Assembly: GCA_017442305.1 (NCBI GenBank)
Contig: JAFRZY010000004.1
Coordinates: 24,590-88,589 of the forward strand
Direction: 5' to 3'
Length of the DNA stretch: 64,000 nt
From: Bacilli bacterium
GTDB lineage: Bacteria > Bacillota_I > Bacilli_A > RF39 > UBA660
Both the position numbers and the translations under genes were made by a program. Under the pieces are notes generated by a model, which worked only from the letters and a program-made list of their open reading frames with translations, did not search any database and had not been told where the DNA came from. Below are positions 47,548 to 57,499 of this stretch, one piece after another (positions within the stretch are counted from its first letter, which is position 1; each line of letters opens with the position of its first letter).

Positions 47548-48858
47548 ATGAAAATATATAATACACTTACAGATAAATTAGAAGAATTTAAACCTATTAA
47601 TGAAGGTAAAGTTACTATGTATGTCTGTGGTCCAACTGTATATAATTATGTTCACATAGGAAATATGCGACCAGTTATAACATTTGATATGGTTTATAAT
47701 TATTTTCGTTACTTAGGTTATGAAGTTACATATGCATCAAATTTTACGGATATTAATCCTAAAATTATTAGTGCTGCAAAGGAACTTGGTATTACAGAAA
47801 GAGAAGTGGCTGAAAAATTTGAAGCAGCATATTTAAATGATTTAAAAAACTATAATTGTAGTGATATTGATTATCGTCCAACTGTTATTGAAAATTTAGA
47901 TAATATATTTAACTTTATTACTGAATTAATAGAAAAAGGCTTTGCGTATGAAGTTGATGGTGACGTTTATTTTAGAGTTCGTAAAATAAAGGATTATGGA
48001 ATTTTATCTAATCAAGATATCAAAGAACTTGAAAGTGGTTCTAGAGTTGAAATTGATAATAAAAAAGAGGATCCTTTAGATTTTGCTTTGTGGCGTAAAA
48101 CTAATGAGGGTGAATCATTTAATTCTCCTTGGGGTCTAGGAATACCTGGATGGCATACTGAATGTGTTGTAATGATTAATAGCATTTTTGGAAAAAAGAT
48201 TGATATTCATGGAGGTGGAGTAGATTTAAAATTCCCACATCATGAAAATGAAATAGTTCAAAGTATGGCACTTAATAATACCCATCTTGCTAACTATTGG
48301 ATGCATAATGGTCATATAAATGTTGATAATGTTAAAATGAGTAAATCATTAAATAATTTCATATTAGCTAAGGACTACATTAATGTTCATACTGCTAACG
48401 AAATAAAATTAGCTATGTTTAAAACTCATTATCGTTTGCCATTAAACTTTACTGATGATTTATTTAATGAAGCCAAAGTCTTAGATGAAAAAATTTATAA
48501 TGTGTTAAAACAAGCAAACTTACAAATTCAAATTAATAACTTAGAAACAAATAAAATAAGTTTGGACGAACGTATTAATGAAATAATGGATGAAGACTTT
48601 AACACACCAAACTTGATTTCTTATTTAATAGAATTAGTAAAAGATTTAAACAGTAAATTGAGAGCAAAAGAAACTTTTATTGAAACTTTTGATAAAATAG
48701 TGTTAATAACTAACATTTTAGGATTGAAATATATTTTACCTAAATTAACAGATAATCAAAAAGAATTATATAAAAAATGGTTACTATGTAGAGAAAATAA
48801 AGATTTTGAAGAAGCTGACAAATTAAGAGATATTTTAACAGCTGAAGGCGTTTTATAG
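47548..48858 (+). CDS. cysS: cysteine--tRNA ligase
   Basis: Class I motifs HIGN and KMSKS, zinc/Cys-binding context WHTEC and HGGGVDLKFPHHENE. Confidence 0.96.
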   Translation: MKIYNTLTDKLEEFKPINEGKVTMYVCGPTVYNYVHIGNMRPVITFDMVYNYFRYLGYEVTYASNFTDINPKIISAAKELGITEREVAEKFEAAYLNDLKNYNCSDIDYRPTVIENLDNIFNFITELIEKGFAYEVDGDVYFRVRKIKDYGILSNQDIKELESGSRVEIDNKKEDPLDFALWRKTNEGESFNSPWGLGIPGWHTECVVMINSIFGKKIDIHGGGVDLKFPHHENEIVQSMALNNTHLANYWMHNGHINVDNVKMSKSLNNFILAKDYINVHTANEIKLAMFKTHYRLPLNFTDDLFNEAKVLDEKIYNVLKQANLQIQINNLETNKISLDERINEIMDEDFNTPNLISYLIELVKDLNSKLRAKETFIETFDKIVLITNILGLKYILPKLTDNQKELYKKWLLCRENKDFEEADKLRDILTAEGVL

Positions 48859-48867
48859 GAGAAAGAT

Positions 48868-49536
48868 ATGGATTTTATATTATTGTTATTAATTTTAATA
48901 ATACCCGCAATAGCACAAATTAGTGTTACAACAAATTATAATAAATATAAAAATGTAGAAAATGAAAATGGATTAAGTGGCTTTGAAGTAGCAAGAAAAA
49001 TTCTTGATGAAAATAATTTAAAGGATGTTCATATAGTAGAGGTTCATGGAAATTTAACTGATCACTATGATTCTTCCAGAAAAGTTGTTAGATTATCAAC
49101 AGAAATATTTCATGGTACAACAATTGCTGCAACAGCTATAGCGGCTCATGAGTGTGGTCACGCAATACAAGATAAAGAAGGGTTTTTCTTCATGCGTTTT
49201 AGATCACTAATTTTTCCAATAGTTAAAATAGCAACTTCTGTTTCTTATGCAATTATATTTATCGGATTATTATTGCAAGCTCTAGATCTTGTTTACGTTG
49301 GTATAGCATTTGTTGGCTTAGGATTAATTTTTCAATTGGTAACTTTACCGGTTGAAGTAAATGCTAGTAAAAGGGCTAAATTAGAAGTTCAAAAGCTAGA
49401 ATTAATAAAAGAGAATGAAGATGTGGGTATTCAAAAAATGCTTAATGCTGCTGCAATGACTTATGTTGCTGGAGTATTAGCAAGTGCTTTACAATTATTG
49501 AAATTAATTTTAATGTTTGGAAATAGAAGAGATTAA
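48868..49536 (+). CDS. membrane-associated zinc metallopeptidase (Zn_peptidase_2-like)
   Basis: N-terminal TM, HECGHAIQ (HExxH) and C-terminal TM helices; 222 aa. Confidence 0.75.
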   Translation: MDFILLLLILIIPAIAQISVTTNYNKYKNVENENGLSGFEVARKILDENNLKDVHIVEVHGNLTDHYDSSRKVVRLSTEIFHGTTIAATAIAAHECGHAIQDKEGFFFMRFRSLIFPIVKIATSVSYAIIFIGLLLQALDLVYVGIAFVGLGLIFQLVTLPVEVNASKRAKLEVQKLELIKENEDVGIQKMLNAAAMTYVAGVLASALQLLKLILMFGNRRD

Positions 49537-49588
49537 ATTCTCTTTTTTCTTTTTCTTTAATGTAATATAATTATTAATAGGTGATAGT

Positions 49589-50221
49589 ATGGCAAGCAGT
49601 GTAATTCACATGTGTGTGGCTCATGAAGTAAATAAAAAAATAAATAGAAATAATGATTTGTTACTTATAGGAAGCATCGCACCTGATATTGCTAAACATT
49701 TAGGGAAAACAAAAACCGAGTCACATTTTTTAACAAGTAGTGCAGAAATTCCTAATTTGGATTTGTTTTTAAGCAAGTATGCAAAAAATTTAACCGATGA
49801 TTTTGTTTTGGGATATTATATTCATTTATTTACAGATTATATATGGGTTAAATATTTTTTGCCTTCATTTGTTAGTGAAAATAATCTTTATTTATTGAAT
49901 GGTGATAATGTCCATGTAACACCAGAAGAATTAATAAAATTTATATATAATGACTATACTAATTTAAATATATTACTAATTAAACATTATAATTTAAACT
50001 TAAAAGCATTTGAAAAACCTGTTCCGAAATTAAAAAATATAATAAAAGAAATACCTATGAATCAAATTCAATTAATAGTTGATAAATCTAATAATATTAT
50101 TCATAAATCAATGGAAGAAAAAAATTATGTTTTTAACATCGATAATATTAATGTCTTTGTTGATTATTGCACAAATTCATTAATTAGTAATTTAATAGAT
50201 ATTGGATATATAAAAAAATAG
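49589..50221 (+). CDS. hypothetical protein, possible zinc-dependent phospholipase C-like/metal hydrolase fold
   Basis: The N-terminal VIHMCVAHEV...LLIGSIAPDI..H......SHF pattern resembles that family from memory. The call is weak. Confidence 0.3.
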   Translation: MASSVIHMCVAHEVNKKINRNNDLLLIGSIAPDIAKHLGKTKTESHFLTSSAEIPNLDLFLSKYAKNLTDDFVLGYYIHLFTDYIWVKYFLPSFVSENNLYLLNGDNVHVTPEELIKFIYNDYTNLNILLIKHYNLNLKAFEKPVPKLKNIIKEIPMNQIQLIVDKSNNIIHKSMEEKNYVFNIDNINVFVDYCTNSLISNLIDIGYIKK

Positions 50222-50237
50222 ATTATAAATCTATTTT

Positions 50238-52184
50238 TTAATTGCTTTTCAATTCTAGCAGGATATCTCTTAATTCCATTGCTCTTTCAAAATCTAAATT
50301 TTTAGCAGCTAATTTCATTTCTTCTTCAATATTAAGCAATATATCTGATTTTTCTTTTTTAGAAAGTTTTGGTTTATTAGTTTTATTATCTACTTCATTA
50401 CTTATTACTTCACTTATGGCTTTCGTAACAGTTTTTGGTGTTATATTGTGGTCCATATTATATTTTTCTTGAATTTCTCTTCTTCTTTTTGTTTCTTTTA
50501 TAGCTTCATTCATAGCTTCGCTTATGGTATCAGCGTACATGATAACATGTCCATTAGCATTTCTTGCGCATCGACCAATCGTTTGGATTAAGCTACGCCC
50601 ACTTCTTAAAAATCCCTGTTTATCGGCATCTAAAATACAAATTAAACTTACCTCGGGAATATCTATTCCTTCACGCAGAAGGTTAATACCTACAACTACA
50701 TCATAAACACCTAATCTTAACTCTCGTATAATTTTTAATCGTTCTAGAGTTTTTACTTCACTATGTAGGTAAGCTACTTTTATTCCCATTTCTTTTAAAT
50801 AATTTGTTAATTCTTCGCTCATTCTAATAGTAAGAGTAGTAATTAAAACACGCTCATTTTTTGAGATTCTTAGTTGTATTTCATTAATAATATCATCAAT
50901 TTGATTTGTTTTAGGTTTTACTGTGATTGTTGGATCCAGTAACCCTGTTGGTCTTATAATCTGCTCTACAAAACAGTTATTAACTTTCTCGAGTTCATAA
51001 TCTCCAGGAGTAGCAGAGACATATATAGCTTGGTTTATTTTTTCATTAAATTCATCAAATTGTAGAGGCCTATTATCTAAAGCGCTAGGTAATCTAAAAC
51101 CATAATCCACTAGGGTTTGTTTTCGCATTCTATCTCCGTTATACATCCCTCTTACTTGTGGCAAAGTAACGTGAGATTCATCAACAACTAATAAAAAGTC
51201 TTTTGGAAAGAAATCTATAAGACATGAAGGAGTTTCGCCTTCTGCTCTTAATGCAAGATGTCGCGAATAATTTTCTACACCGTTACAAAAACCGGTTTCT
51301 CTTAACATTTCTAAGTCATAATTGCATCTTTCTCTTAGTCTTTGTTCTTCAATTAATTTACCATTTTCCTTAAACCATTTTAATCTTTCATGAAGTTCAT
51401 TTTCTATTCTTGTAATAGCTATTTCTAGTTTTTCTGGACTTGTAACAAAGTGACTAGCTGGAGAGATTGTAATAGTTTTTTTGTTTTGGATAACACTTCC
51501 TGTTACTGGATCAAATGTACAAATTCTATCGACTGTATCGCCAAACAATTCGATACGAATTCCATGAGCTTTTTCGTTTACTGGAATAACATCTATAACA
51601 TCGCCACGTACTCTAAACGTTCCGCGATGTAAATCAATATCACTTCTTTCATAAGTCATATCAACTAACTTATTTATGATATCATTTCTTTTTATGTTGT
51701 CTTCTAGCGTTAATATTAACATGTTATTTTTATATTCTTCTTTTTCGCCAATTCCATATATACAAGATACAGAAGATACTACTATAACATCATTATAATT
51801 AATTAGAGCACTCGTTGCACCGTGGCGTAGTTCATCAATTTCATCGTTAATTGAAGCATCTTTTTCAATATATGTATCACTACTAGGTACATATGCTTCT
51901 GGTTGGTAATAATCATAATATGATACAAAATACTCAACATGATTATTGGGAAATAACTCTTTTAATTCAGCATATAATTGCCCTGCTAAAGTTTTGTTGT
52001 GAGCCAATACAAGTGTAGGTTTATTTACTTCTTTAATAACATTTGCAATAGTAAAAGTTTTTCCTGTTCCAGTAGCTCCAAGTAAGACTTGTTCTTTTTT
52101 TCCAGAATTAATTCCCTCGACAAGTTTTTTTATTGCTTCTGGTTGATCACCGTTAGGTGTATATTTTGATACTAATTCAAACAT
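50238..52184 (-). CDS. uvrB: excinuclease ABC subunit UvrB
   Basis: GATGTGKT Walker A, VVDESHVT (DExH), helicase motifs and the C-terminal UVR domain [11 protein letters not shown]. Confidence 0.98.
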   Translation of the reverse strand: MFELVSKYTPNGDQPEAIKKLVEGINSGKKEQVLLGATGTGKTFTIANVIKEVNKPTLVLAHNKTLAGQLYAELKELFPNNHVEYFVSYYDYYQPEAYVPSSDTYIEKDASINDEIDELRHGATSALINYNDVIVVSSVSCIYGIGEKEEYKNNMLILTLEDNIKRNDIINKLVDMTYERSDIDLHRGTFRVRGDVIDVIPVNEKAHGIRIELFGDTVDRICTFDPVTGSVIQNKKTITISPASHFVTSPEKLEIAITRIENELHERLKWFKENGKLIEEQRLRERCNYDLEMLRETGFCNGVENYSRHLALRAEGETPSCLIDFFPKDFLLVVDESHVTLPQVRGMYNGDRMRKQTLVDYGFRLPSALDNRPLQFDEFNEKINQAIYVSATPGDYELEKVNNCFVEQIIRPTGLLDPTITVKPKTNQIDDIINEIQLRISKNERVLITTLTIRMSEELTNYLKEMGIKVAYLHSEVKTLERLKIIRELRLGVYDVVVGINLLREGIDIPEVSLICILDADKQGFLRSGRSLIQTIGRCARNANGHVIMYADTISEAMNEAIKETKRRREIQEKYNMDHNITPKTVTKAISEVISNEVDNKTNKPKLSKKEKSDILLNIEEEMKLAAKNLDFERAMELRDILLELKSN

Positions 52185-52249
52185 AAGTCATCACCGTTAT
52201 TTATTATACACTAATTTTTTAATTTAATAAAATAATAGTCATTATATTA

Positions 52250-52283
52250 TTATTTAATAAAAAAAGTGGTTTTTCCACTTTTA
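52250..52283 (-). terminator. rho-independent terminator after pepT
   Basis: On the minus strand, AAAAGTGG-aaaaa-CCACTTTT is followed by a T-run; it overlaps the pepT stop. Confidence 0.7.
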
Positions 52284-53510
52284 AATATGTTTATTAAGTT
52301 TTAATATATCTTCTTTAGCGTATTCCCTAACTATGCCTATAAGTAGGTCTTGAGCTTTTAACATATCTTCAATGGCAATATATTCATATACACTATGAAA
52401 ATTGTGGCCACCAGTTCCTATGTTAGGACATGGAATACCCATATAAGTTAAGTCGGCTCCATCAGTGCCACCTCTAGCAGGAACAATTTTAGAATTAATT
52501 CCTAATTTAAAAGCTGCTCTTAAAACCGTGTTAATATTATAATTACTTGGCAAATAATATTTCATATTAAAATAAGTATTACTTATACAGATTGATGCAC
52601 ATCCGGGATATTTTTGATTGATTTTAGATATAATAGTTCTCAATTTTAACTTTCTATATTCAAAGTTTTTTCTGTCAAAGTCTCTAATTAAATATTTCAT
52701 AGTAGCTTTTTCCGTATTACCCTCTATAGCATCTAAATGATAAAATCCTTCATATCCTTCAGTGTTTTCTGGAGTTTCATCAGGGAGTAACTCGTTTATT
52801 TTAGTTGCAATTAATAATGCATTTACCATTTTATTTTTGGCATATCCTGTATGTGTATTAAATCCATTAATTGTAATTGTAGCAGTAGCGGCATTAAAAT
52901 TTTCATATGATATTTCGCCGACAGTACTGCCATCTACAGTAAAGGCAAAATCAACTGGGAATTTAGTTTTATCAAAATTTTTAAGCCCTAAGCCAATTTC
53001 TTCGTCTGGAGTAAAGCATACATAAATATCTCCGTGATTTGTATTTGTATTTTTGTAATATTCTAACATTCCCATTATTTCGGCAATACCAGCTTTATCA
53101 TCTGCACCAAGTAACGTAGTTCCATCAGTGACAATTAAAGATTTATTAATATGTTTTAGTAAATCCGGATAATCTTTTGGACTTAACTTTAGCCCATTTG
53201 GAAATTCTATTTCATTTCCTTTATAGTTATGAATAATTTGAGGGTTGATATTGTCTCCTTTAGCATCTTCACAAGTATCCATGTGAGCTAAAAAACCAAC
53301 TTTTGGTAACTCTTGTTTCCCTTTTATACAAGCATAAATATAGCAATTTTCTTGATCATAATCGATATAGTCTATTCCGATTTCAATTAACTCATTAACT
53401 AAAAGCTCAGCCATGACTTTTTGAGCATCGGTACTTGGAGTTTTTTTGCTTTTGCTATCGGAATTTGTAGGTATTGAAATATACTTTAAGAATCTTTCAA
53501 TAGTGTTCAT
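52281..53510 (-). CDS. pepT: peptidase T (tripeptide aminopeptidase, M20B)
   Basis: IERFLKYISIPT, AHMDT, LGADDKAG and TPDEEIG motifs; 409 aa. RBS AAGGAGG. Confidence 0.9.
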   Translation of the reverse strand: MNTIERFLKYISIPTNSDSKSKKTPSTDAQKVMAELLVNELIEIGIDYIDYDQENCYIYACIKGKQELPKVGFLAHMDTCEDAKGDNINPQIIHNYKGNEIEFPNGLKLSPKDYPDLLKHINKSLIVTDGTTLLGADDKAGIAEIMGMLEYYKNTNTNHGDIYVCFTPDEEIGLGLKNFDKTKFPVDFAFTVDGSTVGEISYENFNAATATITINGFNTHTGYAKNKMVNALLIATKINELLPDETPENTEGYEGFYHLDAIEGNTEKATMKYLIRDFDRKNFEYRKLKLRTIISKINQKYPGCASICISNTYFNMKYYLPSNYNINTVLRAAFKLGINSKIVPARGGTDGADLTYMGIPCPNIGTGGHNFHSVYEYIAIEDMLKAQDLLIGIVREYAKEDILKLNKHI

Positions 53511-53531
53511 AAAACCTCCTTATTGTAATAA

Positions 53532-54020
53532 TTATTTTAGACATAAAGTTCTTTCGTAAATATCTTTATCTCTTTCCTGATAATATTCTATTGCGTTTAA
53601 AACTCTTATATCATTTGCAAATTGATTTTTAAACAATTCGATTTCCAAAGGTGTAAGTTTAATTCCTTGAATAAATCTGATTGCTGATTCTGGATACATT
53701 TTTAAAGCCATTGCAACAATTTCTTCACGGCTTAACTTTTTTTCAATATGTAATCGTTCAACTGCGTACATAAAATAATAGCCATAATATTCATCGTTAA
53801 ATTCAGCAAATTTACCATCACCGATAACTTTGCACATGTCAATATCTTCATCAAAATGGAAATACCGTAGTGTATCTTCCATATTAGTACACATATGATA
53901 TCCATTACCGTTAGTACCAAATTTTATAGGACCTAAAACTGAATAAGTTTTTCCGATTTCAAAATGTTCGCCATAGTGATTTACCATTCCTTTTTTAAAA
54001 CATTTATATCCAACGATCAT
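53532..54020 (-). CDS. hypothetical protein (GYHMC-motif family, unknown function)
   Basis: The N-terminal GYKCF.K.M....G..FEIGKTY......GTNGNGYHMC.N..D.L.YF pattern recurs in many uncharacterised Firmicutes and phage proteins, from memory. It lies 21 nt upstream of pepT on the same strand. Confidence 0.4.
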   Translation of the reverse strand: MIVGYKCFKKGMVNHYGEHFEIGKTYSVLGPIKFGTNGNGYHMCTNMEDTLRYFHFDEDIDMCKVIGDGKFAEFNDEYYGYYFMYAVERLHIEKKLSREEIVAMALKMYPESAIRFIQGIKLTPLEIELFKNQFANDIRVLNAIEYYQERDKDIYERTLCLK

Positions 54021-54111
54021 ATACTTCAGGCCTTTCTAAAATAATAATGTTATTTTACCACATTTTCGCGTAATTACAACTTTTTTGGTGTATAATATAA
54101 GTGGTGATTAT

Positions 54112-54870
54112 ATGAAAGCTTTAATAACGGGTGCTAGTTCAGGAATAGGAAAAGATATGGCAAAATACTTAGCAAGTTTGGGTTATGATTTAATATTAGT
54201 TGCTAGAAGAAAAAGTGTTTTAGAAGAATTAGCTAAGGAGTTAGAAACCAATGTAACTATTTATGATTATGATTTAACTAACATGGATAATGTTTATAAA
54301 TTATACGAAGATACTAAAGCAGAAAAAATAGATTTTTTAATTAACAATGCCGGGTTTGGTTTATTTGGTACTTTTGTTAATACGGACTTAAATCGAGAAC
54401 TTGAAATGATAGATTTAAATGTTAAATCTTATCATATCTTAACTAAACTGTTTTTAAAAGATTTTGTAAAAAGAGATTATGGACATATATTAAATGTGTG
54501 CAGCAGTGCTGGATTTATGGCAGGACCTAGACTTAGCACTTATTATGCGACTAAAAATTATATTACGAAACTTACAATGGCCATTAATGAAGAATTAAGA
54601 CAAATAAAAAGTAAAGTGAAAGTAAGTGCATTGTGTCCTGGACCAGTTGCAACTGAATTTAATAAAGTTGCCAAAGGAACTTTCGCTATCAAAGAAGCTA
54701 GTAGTAAGTATGTAGCTAAATATGGAGTCGATAAAGTTTTAAAAGGCAAAATGATTATTGTACCAACTATTAAAATGCAAGTAGCTTTATTTTTTAATCG
54801 ATTCTTACCATATCGCATTCAACTTATAATTGCTTATCACATTCAAAAACGAAAATCTACGGCTGAGTAG
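54112..54870 (+). CDS. SDR-family oxidoreductase
   Basis: TGASSGIG cofactor motif, NNAG and the catalytic S...YxxxK (YYATKNY). The ATG at 54112 follows GTGGTGA. Confidence 0.85.
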   Translation: MKALITGASSGIGKDMAKYLASLGYDLILVARRKSVLEELAKELETNVTIYDYDLTNMDNVYKLYEDTKAEKIDFLINNAGFGLFGTFVNTDLNRELEMIDLNVKSYHILTKLFLKDFVKRDYGHILNVCSSAGFMAGPRLSTYYATKNYITKLTMAINEELRQIKSKVKVSALCPGPVATEFNKVAKGTFAIKEASSKYVAKYGVDKVLKGKMIIVPTIKMQVALFFNRFLPYRIQLIIAYHIQKRKSTAE

Positions 54871-54879
54871 ATTTTTTTT
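54852..54879 (+). terminator. rho-independent terminator after the SDR gene
   Basis: AAAATCTAC-6 nt-GTAGATTTT followed by a T-run. Confidence 0.7.
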
Positions 54880-54905
54880 CGCTTTTGTGATATAATCATC
54901 ACTAC

Positions 54906-55258
54906 GGGGCAGCCAGGTTTCGACATATATTACTAAATATGATTGCAAGTGGTGGAATACCTAAATTCACAATTAAAATTAAATGACGAAGGAAATTATT
55001 CTTTCGCTCCTGCATTTGCTTAATAGATAGCTAAGGGAGCTCTTCTACTTACTTTAACTTATAGGGTAAGATAGGGGATAATATATATAAGTTATACTAC
55101 TGATGTTGTTTAGGCATTAATAGTGAATTTTACTAAACTTGCTAACTAATAGGTTGGTCTAGAGCCAGTTAGTTAGTGAAATATAAATCTAGCTAAACTT
55201 GTAGACGTTATATGATAGGATATATTGGACAGGAGTTCGATTCTCCTCTGCTCCACCA
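54906..55258 (+). ncRNA. ssrA: transfer-messenger RNA (tmRNA, SsrA)
   Basis: The 5' GGGGCAGCCAGGTTTCGAC pairs with the 3' CTGCTCCACCA. There is a T-arm GGACAGGAGTTCGATTCTCCT and an encoded CCA. The internal tag ORF is ...GAC GAA GGA AAT TAT TCT TTC GCT CCT GCA TTT GCT TAA TAG (..DEGNYSFAPAFA**). Confidence 0.95.
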
Positions 55259-55300
55259 TAAGATTTTTACTTTGACTTTTAAAAGACAAGTTTTGTATAG

Positions 55301-55332
55301 AAAATCACTATTTTAAAATAGTGATTTTTTTT
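55301..55332 (+). terminator. rho-independent terminator after ssrA
   Basis: Perfect palindrome AAAATCACTATTTT/AAAATAGTGATTTT followed by a T-run. Confidence 0.75.
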
Positions 55333-55421
55333 AAATTTTGATGCGAAATGAGTTGTGATATTAAAACAAAAAATAAGAAAACTTATGATATAATAAAATT
55401 ATAAAAAAATGGAGGTAAAAT

Positions 55422-56288
55422 ATGAAGAAGTCTATTATATGGATTGTTATAACAATTTCTGTGGTATTAGTTGCAGGTGTCATTTTAAGTAGTTTAACAA
55501 TTGATAAATTAGAAATTAACGAATATGAAATTAAGGATAGTTTTAAGGATATAAAAATTTTAACTAATACTGCAGATATTGAGTTTGCACTTTCTGACAA
55601 TTCAAATGCTTTGATTGTTTGTGAAGAACAAAAAAATGTCATTCATCAAGTTAATGTAATAGATAATACACTATTGATTGAAATTGATGACAATAGAAAA
55701 TGGCATGAACATATAGGTATAAATTTTAGCACTCCCAAAATAACGGTATATCTTCCTAAGAATGAGTATGGTAAGCTTTGGGTAAAGTCTAATACAGGAG
55801 ATATTAATATACCCAATAATTTCAAATTTGCAAGTATAGATATTTTAGCAGATACTGGAAATATCACAACTTATGCATCTGTATATGAGAATCTAAGAAT
55901 AAAGACTGGTACAGGAAATGTTCATGTTGAAAACATAAATGCTAATAAGTTTGATTTATCCACAACAACGGGAAATTTAAAAGTTGTTAATACTAAATGC
56001 AAAAATTTATTTTCTGAATCTGATACTGGAAATATTTATTTGGAAAATGTAATAGCATCAGAAAAATTTATAATTGAAACAGACACAGGAGATGTCAAGT
56101 TTAAAGCTAGTGATGCTAGTGACATTTTTATTGAAACCGATACAGGAAATGTTACAGGGAGTTTAGTTACAGATAAAGTTATTTTTGCTGAAAGTGATAC
56201 AGGAAATATCGATGTTCCTAAAATAATGGCAGAAGAAAAATGTGAAATTATCACCGATACAGGAGATATTAAAATAACTATAGAATAA
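55422..56288 (+). CDS. DUF4097-type beta-helix repeat protein (LiaG/YvlB-like putative adhesin), membrane-anchored
   Basis: N-terminal TM, then nine roughly 19-aa-spaced repeats ending (D/T/N)TG(N/D)(I/V/L)xx, for example TGDINI, TGNITT, TGNVHV, TGNLKV, TGNIYL and TGDVKF. Confidence 0.8.
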   Translation: MKKSIIWIVITISVVLVAGVILSSLTIDKLEINEYEIKDSFKDIKILTNTADIEFALSDNSNALIVCEEQKNVIHQVNVIDNTLLIEIDDNRKWHEHIGINFSTPKITVYLPKNEYGKLWVKSNTGDINIPNNFKFASIDILADTGNITTYASVYENLRIKTGTGNVHVENINANKFDLSTTTGNLKVVNTKCKNLFSESDTGNIYLENVIASEKFIIETDTGDVKFKASDASDIFIETDTGNVTGSLVTDKVIFAESDTGNIDVPKIMAEEKCEIITDTGDIKITIE

Positions 56289-56368
56289 CATTAAAAAATT
56301 TAAATATAATTATAGAGCTAAAAATGCTCTTTTTTTATGCGAAACGGTATAAACAGCATCAAAATTTA

Positions 56369-56397
56369 TTGACTAAAACTATGGTTTATTGTATTAT
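56369..56397 (+). promoter_or_regulatory. putative promoter of the gntR-ABC operon
   Basis: TTGACT (56369-74), a 17-nt spacer and TATTAT (56392-97). Confidence 0.45.
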
Positions 56398-56419
56398 TGT
56401 ATTAAGTTGGTAATACAAT
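56388..56419 (+). promoter_or_regulatory. candidate GntR/YtrA operator: inverted repeat plus an extra direct half-site
   Basis: ATTGTATTA(56396-404)-agttgg-TAATACAAT(56411-19) is a perfect 9-bp inverted repeat with GT..AC cores. A further ATTGTATT half-site at 56388-95 overlaps the -10. Confidence 0.55.
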
Positions 56420-56438
56420 GGTGCAGAAAGGAGTATAT

Positions 56439-56804
56439 ATGAAATTTGAGTTTGATAATAATATTCCAATTTATGTTCAATTAGTAGAACAACTTAAAAT
56501 GTATATAATATCAGGGAAAATAAAACCGGGAGAACGTTTGCCATCAGTAAGAGATTTAGCTTTGCAGAGTAGAGTTAATCCTAACACTATGCAAAAAGCT
56601 CTTGTTGAATTAGAAGAAATGAATTTGGTATATACCGAAAGAACAAATGGGAGATTTGTAACTAACGATCAAAAGTTAATTGATAAATATAAACAAGATT
56701 ATGCTAAAGAAGTTTCAAATAAATATTTTCTTAATATGGAAAGAATTGGTTTTGATAAAACTACAACAATTGACTATTTGAACAAATTAGGAGGGATTAA
56801 ATAA
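56439..56804 (+). CDS. GntR-family transcriptional regulator, YtrA subfamily (short C-terminal domain)
   Basis: PIYVQL..QLK..I.SG...PGERLPSVRDLA....VNPNT..KAL..LE winged-HTH; only 121 aa. The ATG at 56439 follows AAAGGAG. Confidence 0.85.
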   Translation: MKFEFDNNIPIYVQLVEQLKMYIISGKIKPGERLPSVRDLALQSRVNPNTMQKALVELEEMNLVYTERTNGRFVTNDQKLIDKYKQDYAKEVSNKYFLNMERIGFDKTTTIDYLNKLGGIK

Positions 56805-57499
56805 TGGAATTAGTAAAATGTAGTAATGTTAATAAAAATTTTAACAACAAAAAGATTTTAAAAAACATTAATTTAACAATACCGAGAGGAAAAATAATTG
56901 GTTTATTGGGTAAGAATGGAACTGGTAAAACGACATTAATAAAACTTATCAATGATCTACTTACACCAACATCTGGAGAAATATTAGTAAACGGGGAAAA
57001 GATAGGGATTAATAGCAAAAAGGTAATTTCATATTTACCTGAAAGAACATATCTAGATAAATCGATGTCTGTTAGCGAAGTAATCGAGTACTTTTCAGAT
57101 TTTTATAACGATTTTGATTCAAAAAAAGCTAAGAAACTTCTTAAAGATTTAGATTTAGACATATCACAAAAATTAGCAAAAATGAGTAAAGGGATGCAAG
57201 AAAAAGTTCAGCTGGTTCTTGTTATGAGTCGTAAAGCAGATTTATATATCTTGGATGAACCATTAGGTGGTGTAGACCCTGCTACTCGAGATTATATTCT
57301 AGATACTATTCTTACAAACTTTAATGAAGGGGCAAGTGTATTAATTTCAACTCATCTAATAGCGGATATTGAAAGAATATTGGATGAAGTAATATTTATA
57401 GATAACGGAAAAATAATACTTCAATCTGATACAGATGAATTAAGAAAAACGGAAGACGGCTCTATAGATGAAATTTTTAGGAGGATGTTTAAATGCTAA
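56804..57499 (+). CDS. ABC transporter ATP-binding protein
   Basis: Walker A GKNGTGKTT, signature MSKGMQEK (degenerate LSGG) and Walker B LYILDEP. The start overlaps the gntR stop (TAATG). Confidence 0.85.
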   Translation: MELVKCSNVNKNFNNKKILKNINLTIPRGKIIGLLGKNGTGKTTLIKLINDLLTPTSGEILVNGEKIGINSKKVISYLPERTYLDKSMSVSEVIEYFSDFYNDFDSKKAKKLLKDLDLDISQKLAKMSKGMQEKVQLVLVMSRKADLYILDEPLGGVDPATRDYILDTILTNFNEGASVLISTHLIADIERILDEVIFIDNGKIILQSDTDELRKTEDGSIDEIFRRMFKC

